Source of the DNA: Azolla caroliniana
Lineage: Eukaryota > Plantae > Polypodiophyta
Reading direction: 5' to 3'
NCBI GenBank assembly: GCA_043228905.1
Contig: JBHGNT010000004.1
Location: forward strand, 20,336,001 to 20,400,000
DNA: 64,000 nucleotides
In this document: positions 61,693 through 64,000 of the stretch, one piece after another
Position numbering within the stretch: the first letter of the stretch is position 1
How the letters are laid out: each line of letters opens with the position of its first letter
The notes under the pieces: generated by a model
Seen by the model: the letters and a program-made list of their open reading frames with translations, nothing else
Told to the model about the DNA's origin: nothing
The model's database searches: none
Program-made: the position numbers and the translations under genes

Positions 61693-61977
61693 ATATGTGG
61701 TTTGGCATTTTTGAAGAGTTTATTGGTCAATAGGATTGAGAAAATATGATACGATACTTTCAAACTACAAGCATTTCATATGCTCTTTACAAAGATGAAT
61801 AAGTGCCTCATACAAGAAAATTTTGGTGAAATTAGTTGTTTGATTACCGCAAGAGTTGCTGATCTAGATTAGCACAATAACCCAAGAATACTCTATCTGA
61901 AGCGTCAATGCATGTATAAGTACAATGTACAACAAAATTGAGCAATGTGGAAATCTTGCTGGATCATCATATTCATG

Positions 61978-63685
61978 CTACACTACTGTTGTTCCACATG
62001 ATTGTGCTTCAAGTGCTTCCAAAATACTTTGTAGCCACCTGTTTCAATTGAAATATATGAATTTGAAGGTTTGAAATCCAAATAGGAGGCTTTCTATGAA
62101 TGCACCCAAAAAGATGGGTGTAGCAGAAAATAGCCCTTCACTTAGAAAACATCTTACCAAATATTTATGATTACTTTCATTGGCCTAGTATTTAAATATT
62201 TAAGTACAAGGGCCAAACACAAAAACTTATAGCAAAAATTTATCAGAATACCACTAAGTTTTCAGAAAATACCAAAGTACCCCTTTGCAATTAATTTTTT
62301 GTGGTGTGAATGCAAACATCCAAGAAGTTTGGAATATTTTTGGTGTCTTTCAACCACTATTTTCCTCTATCCAAGATTTGCAAATGACTTACTAGTATGT
62401 ACTTTCCTTGGCCAAGCTACCAAGAAGATTTTACCATTACCTTCCTTGGCCTACTTATCAAAAATATTTTACTATTACTTTCCTTGGCCAAGCGTCCACA
62501 GATTTATTATTACTTTTCCTTGCATAGATTTATTATAGCTTTCCTTTGGCCTACATTCCAAAATCATATGAGCATCTACAAAACATTTGAGAGAGAGAGA
62601 GAGAGAGAGACCCATCAATGCCTGGATTCTCTGGATAAAATACTCGTTTGATACCAGCCTTCTGAGCTGCTGATGCAGAAGTATATCCTATACAAGCTGC
62701 AGCACCTCCCCAAGTTGACAAATCAATTAGGTCTACCCAGGCCCTGCAGTTTAATCAAGTCACTCAAGTTTCAAATATACTTCCTCGAATAAATCCTCCT
62801 AAAACAAGCCAATTAAGCTTTCCACAGTCTCCTAAAACAAAGATAAATTGCTTAACACAAAATATTTGATGTTTATATTTGCCTAAAGGCTAAATCAAAG
62901 AAATCACGCTTTATAATTGTTATAATTGCCTAAAACAAGATACCTGAGCTTTATTGTTGCCTAAAACAAAGCAACCAAGCTTTGTTTCCAAGCTTTATAA
63001 CTGCCTTAAAACAAAGTAACTGAACTATGCAATTGCCTAAAACAAAACACTTTATAGTTGCCTAAAGCAAAATAATTGAACTTGACAATTATCTTGAGAT
63101 TTCCAATAAGTTCTCAAAGTAAATAGTTCAACTCACACACCGGACAGCTGTTGGAGAAGCCAATGCAACAACAGGTGCTGAAACTGCAGTCGCTAGAACT
63201 ACTGGATCTATAACTTCAACAGAATTCTGCATATCAACAAAGCAACAACAGACATTCTTTTGTTTATGCTCTTAACTCTAGCTCCCTTAGAAAGGCGAAA
63301 TTCTCACTGTAGAATAAGTATTCAGCCGAATCACTTCAAATCCACGTGCCCCCAGTCCATTCTCTAGAATTAAAAAGACAAGAAAACAGGTTACATTTAA
63401 AATAAAGGGAAAACCACGAAAATAACCCTAATTTTTTGGATATTTACCAGAATACCTCTAAGTTTCCAAACATTACTAGAATATCCCTATATGACACAAA
63501 CTTTAATACTACATATAGGTATTTTGGTACTTTTTCAATAATTTGGAGTACTTTAGTAAGTATCATGAAGGCATGGATTTATTTATCACCTAGTTCATGA
63601 CTGGCCTTCACAGATGAAGGATAAAGAACCTTTCCACCCTCCATAGAGACCTTGGGAAGTGATTCAGCAAGGCTTTTTGCATTTG
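61978..63685 (-). CDS. HEMD: Uroporphyrinogen-III synthase (HEM4 domain), last five coding exons; 5' part lies beyond the right edge
   Basis: Phase-consistent exons 63590-63685, 63308-63363, 63141-63226, 62612-62743, 61978-62038 splice to 'ANAKSLAESLPKVSMEGGKVLYPSSVKASHELENGLGARGFEVIRLNTYSTNSVEVIDPVVLATAVSAPVVALASPTAVRAWVDLIDLSTWGGAAACIGYTSASAAQKAGIKRVFYPENPGIDGWLQSILEALEAQSCGTTVV*', matching plant UROS motifs (VLYPAS.KA, RGFEV.RLNTY, ASPSAVRAW, ACIG.T.A.AA, YP..PG..GW..SI.EAL). Confidence 0.92.
62795..63085. repeat. Degenerate minisatellite with core (TTG)CCTAAAACAAA in a HEMD intron
   Basis: About 8 copies of the core at irregular ~25-50 bp spacing. Confidence 0.75.
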
Positions 63686-64000
63686 CTTCAGATCAAAGGA
63701 TTTCTGTTAGCATTTTGTCATGAAACGACAATTTCAAAGCTTATTATTCAAGTCCTCATCATGATTAGATTGTTTGCGTGAAGACTTTTATGTTAATGAC
63801 ATAAGAAGTATATAAGACATCAAATTCGTAAAGAAAAAGTGAAACTTGAAAATCCCCGAGTTTTTCTTTATTTCCCGAAATGCCTTTGATCAACCCCCTG
63901 GAAGCAGCAACCATACGCGCTGTTTTAAATAATTATATGGTCAATTCAACCCTTTTTTATCAATCACGTGTGCATTTTTGAGCAACTATATGTCCAGTCC

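Noticed and set aside
62795-63085. CRISPR-like repeat-spacer array
   Set aside because: Core too short and degenerate, spacers related to each other, eukaryotic intron, no cas genes.
969-63685. All five host genes on one strand as a possible functional gene cluster
   Set aside because: Functions are unrelated (sterol glycosylation, RNA editing, transcription, callose, tetrapyrrole) and five genes sharing a strand has about a 1 in 16 chance.

Overview
AT-rich eukaryotic nuclear DNA from a land plant, most likely a fern or other seed-free vascular plant (inferred from the style of the very long PLS-class PPR protein and the TE families). Five host genes, all on the minus strand: a multi-exon sterol 3-beta-glucosyltransferase (UGT80 family, running off the left edge), a single-ORF PLS-E PPR gene with an unusual repetitive N-terminal extension, a class II BBR/BPC GAGA-binding factor, a callose synthase with an intronless CDS (CalS11/12 type), and the last five exons of uroporphyrinogen-III synthase (HEMD/UROS, running off the right edge and absent from the ORF track). 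The rest is TE-rich. There is a full-length L1-type LINE bracketed by (GA)n tracts, four non-autonomous hAT-like elements with 8-bp TSDs, and a three-level nest just upstream of the PPR gene (hAT-like element > Copia > GC-rich, internally deleted Gypsy-type element with a tRNA-Trp PBS and a 4-bp TSD). Degenerate LINE/Copia fragments, a SINE-like element and several local tandem duplications are also present. All family calls come from motif recognition by eye; no database search was run, and difference counts are manual.
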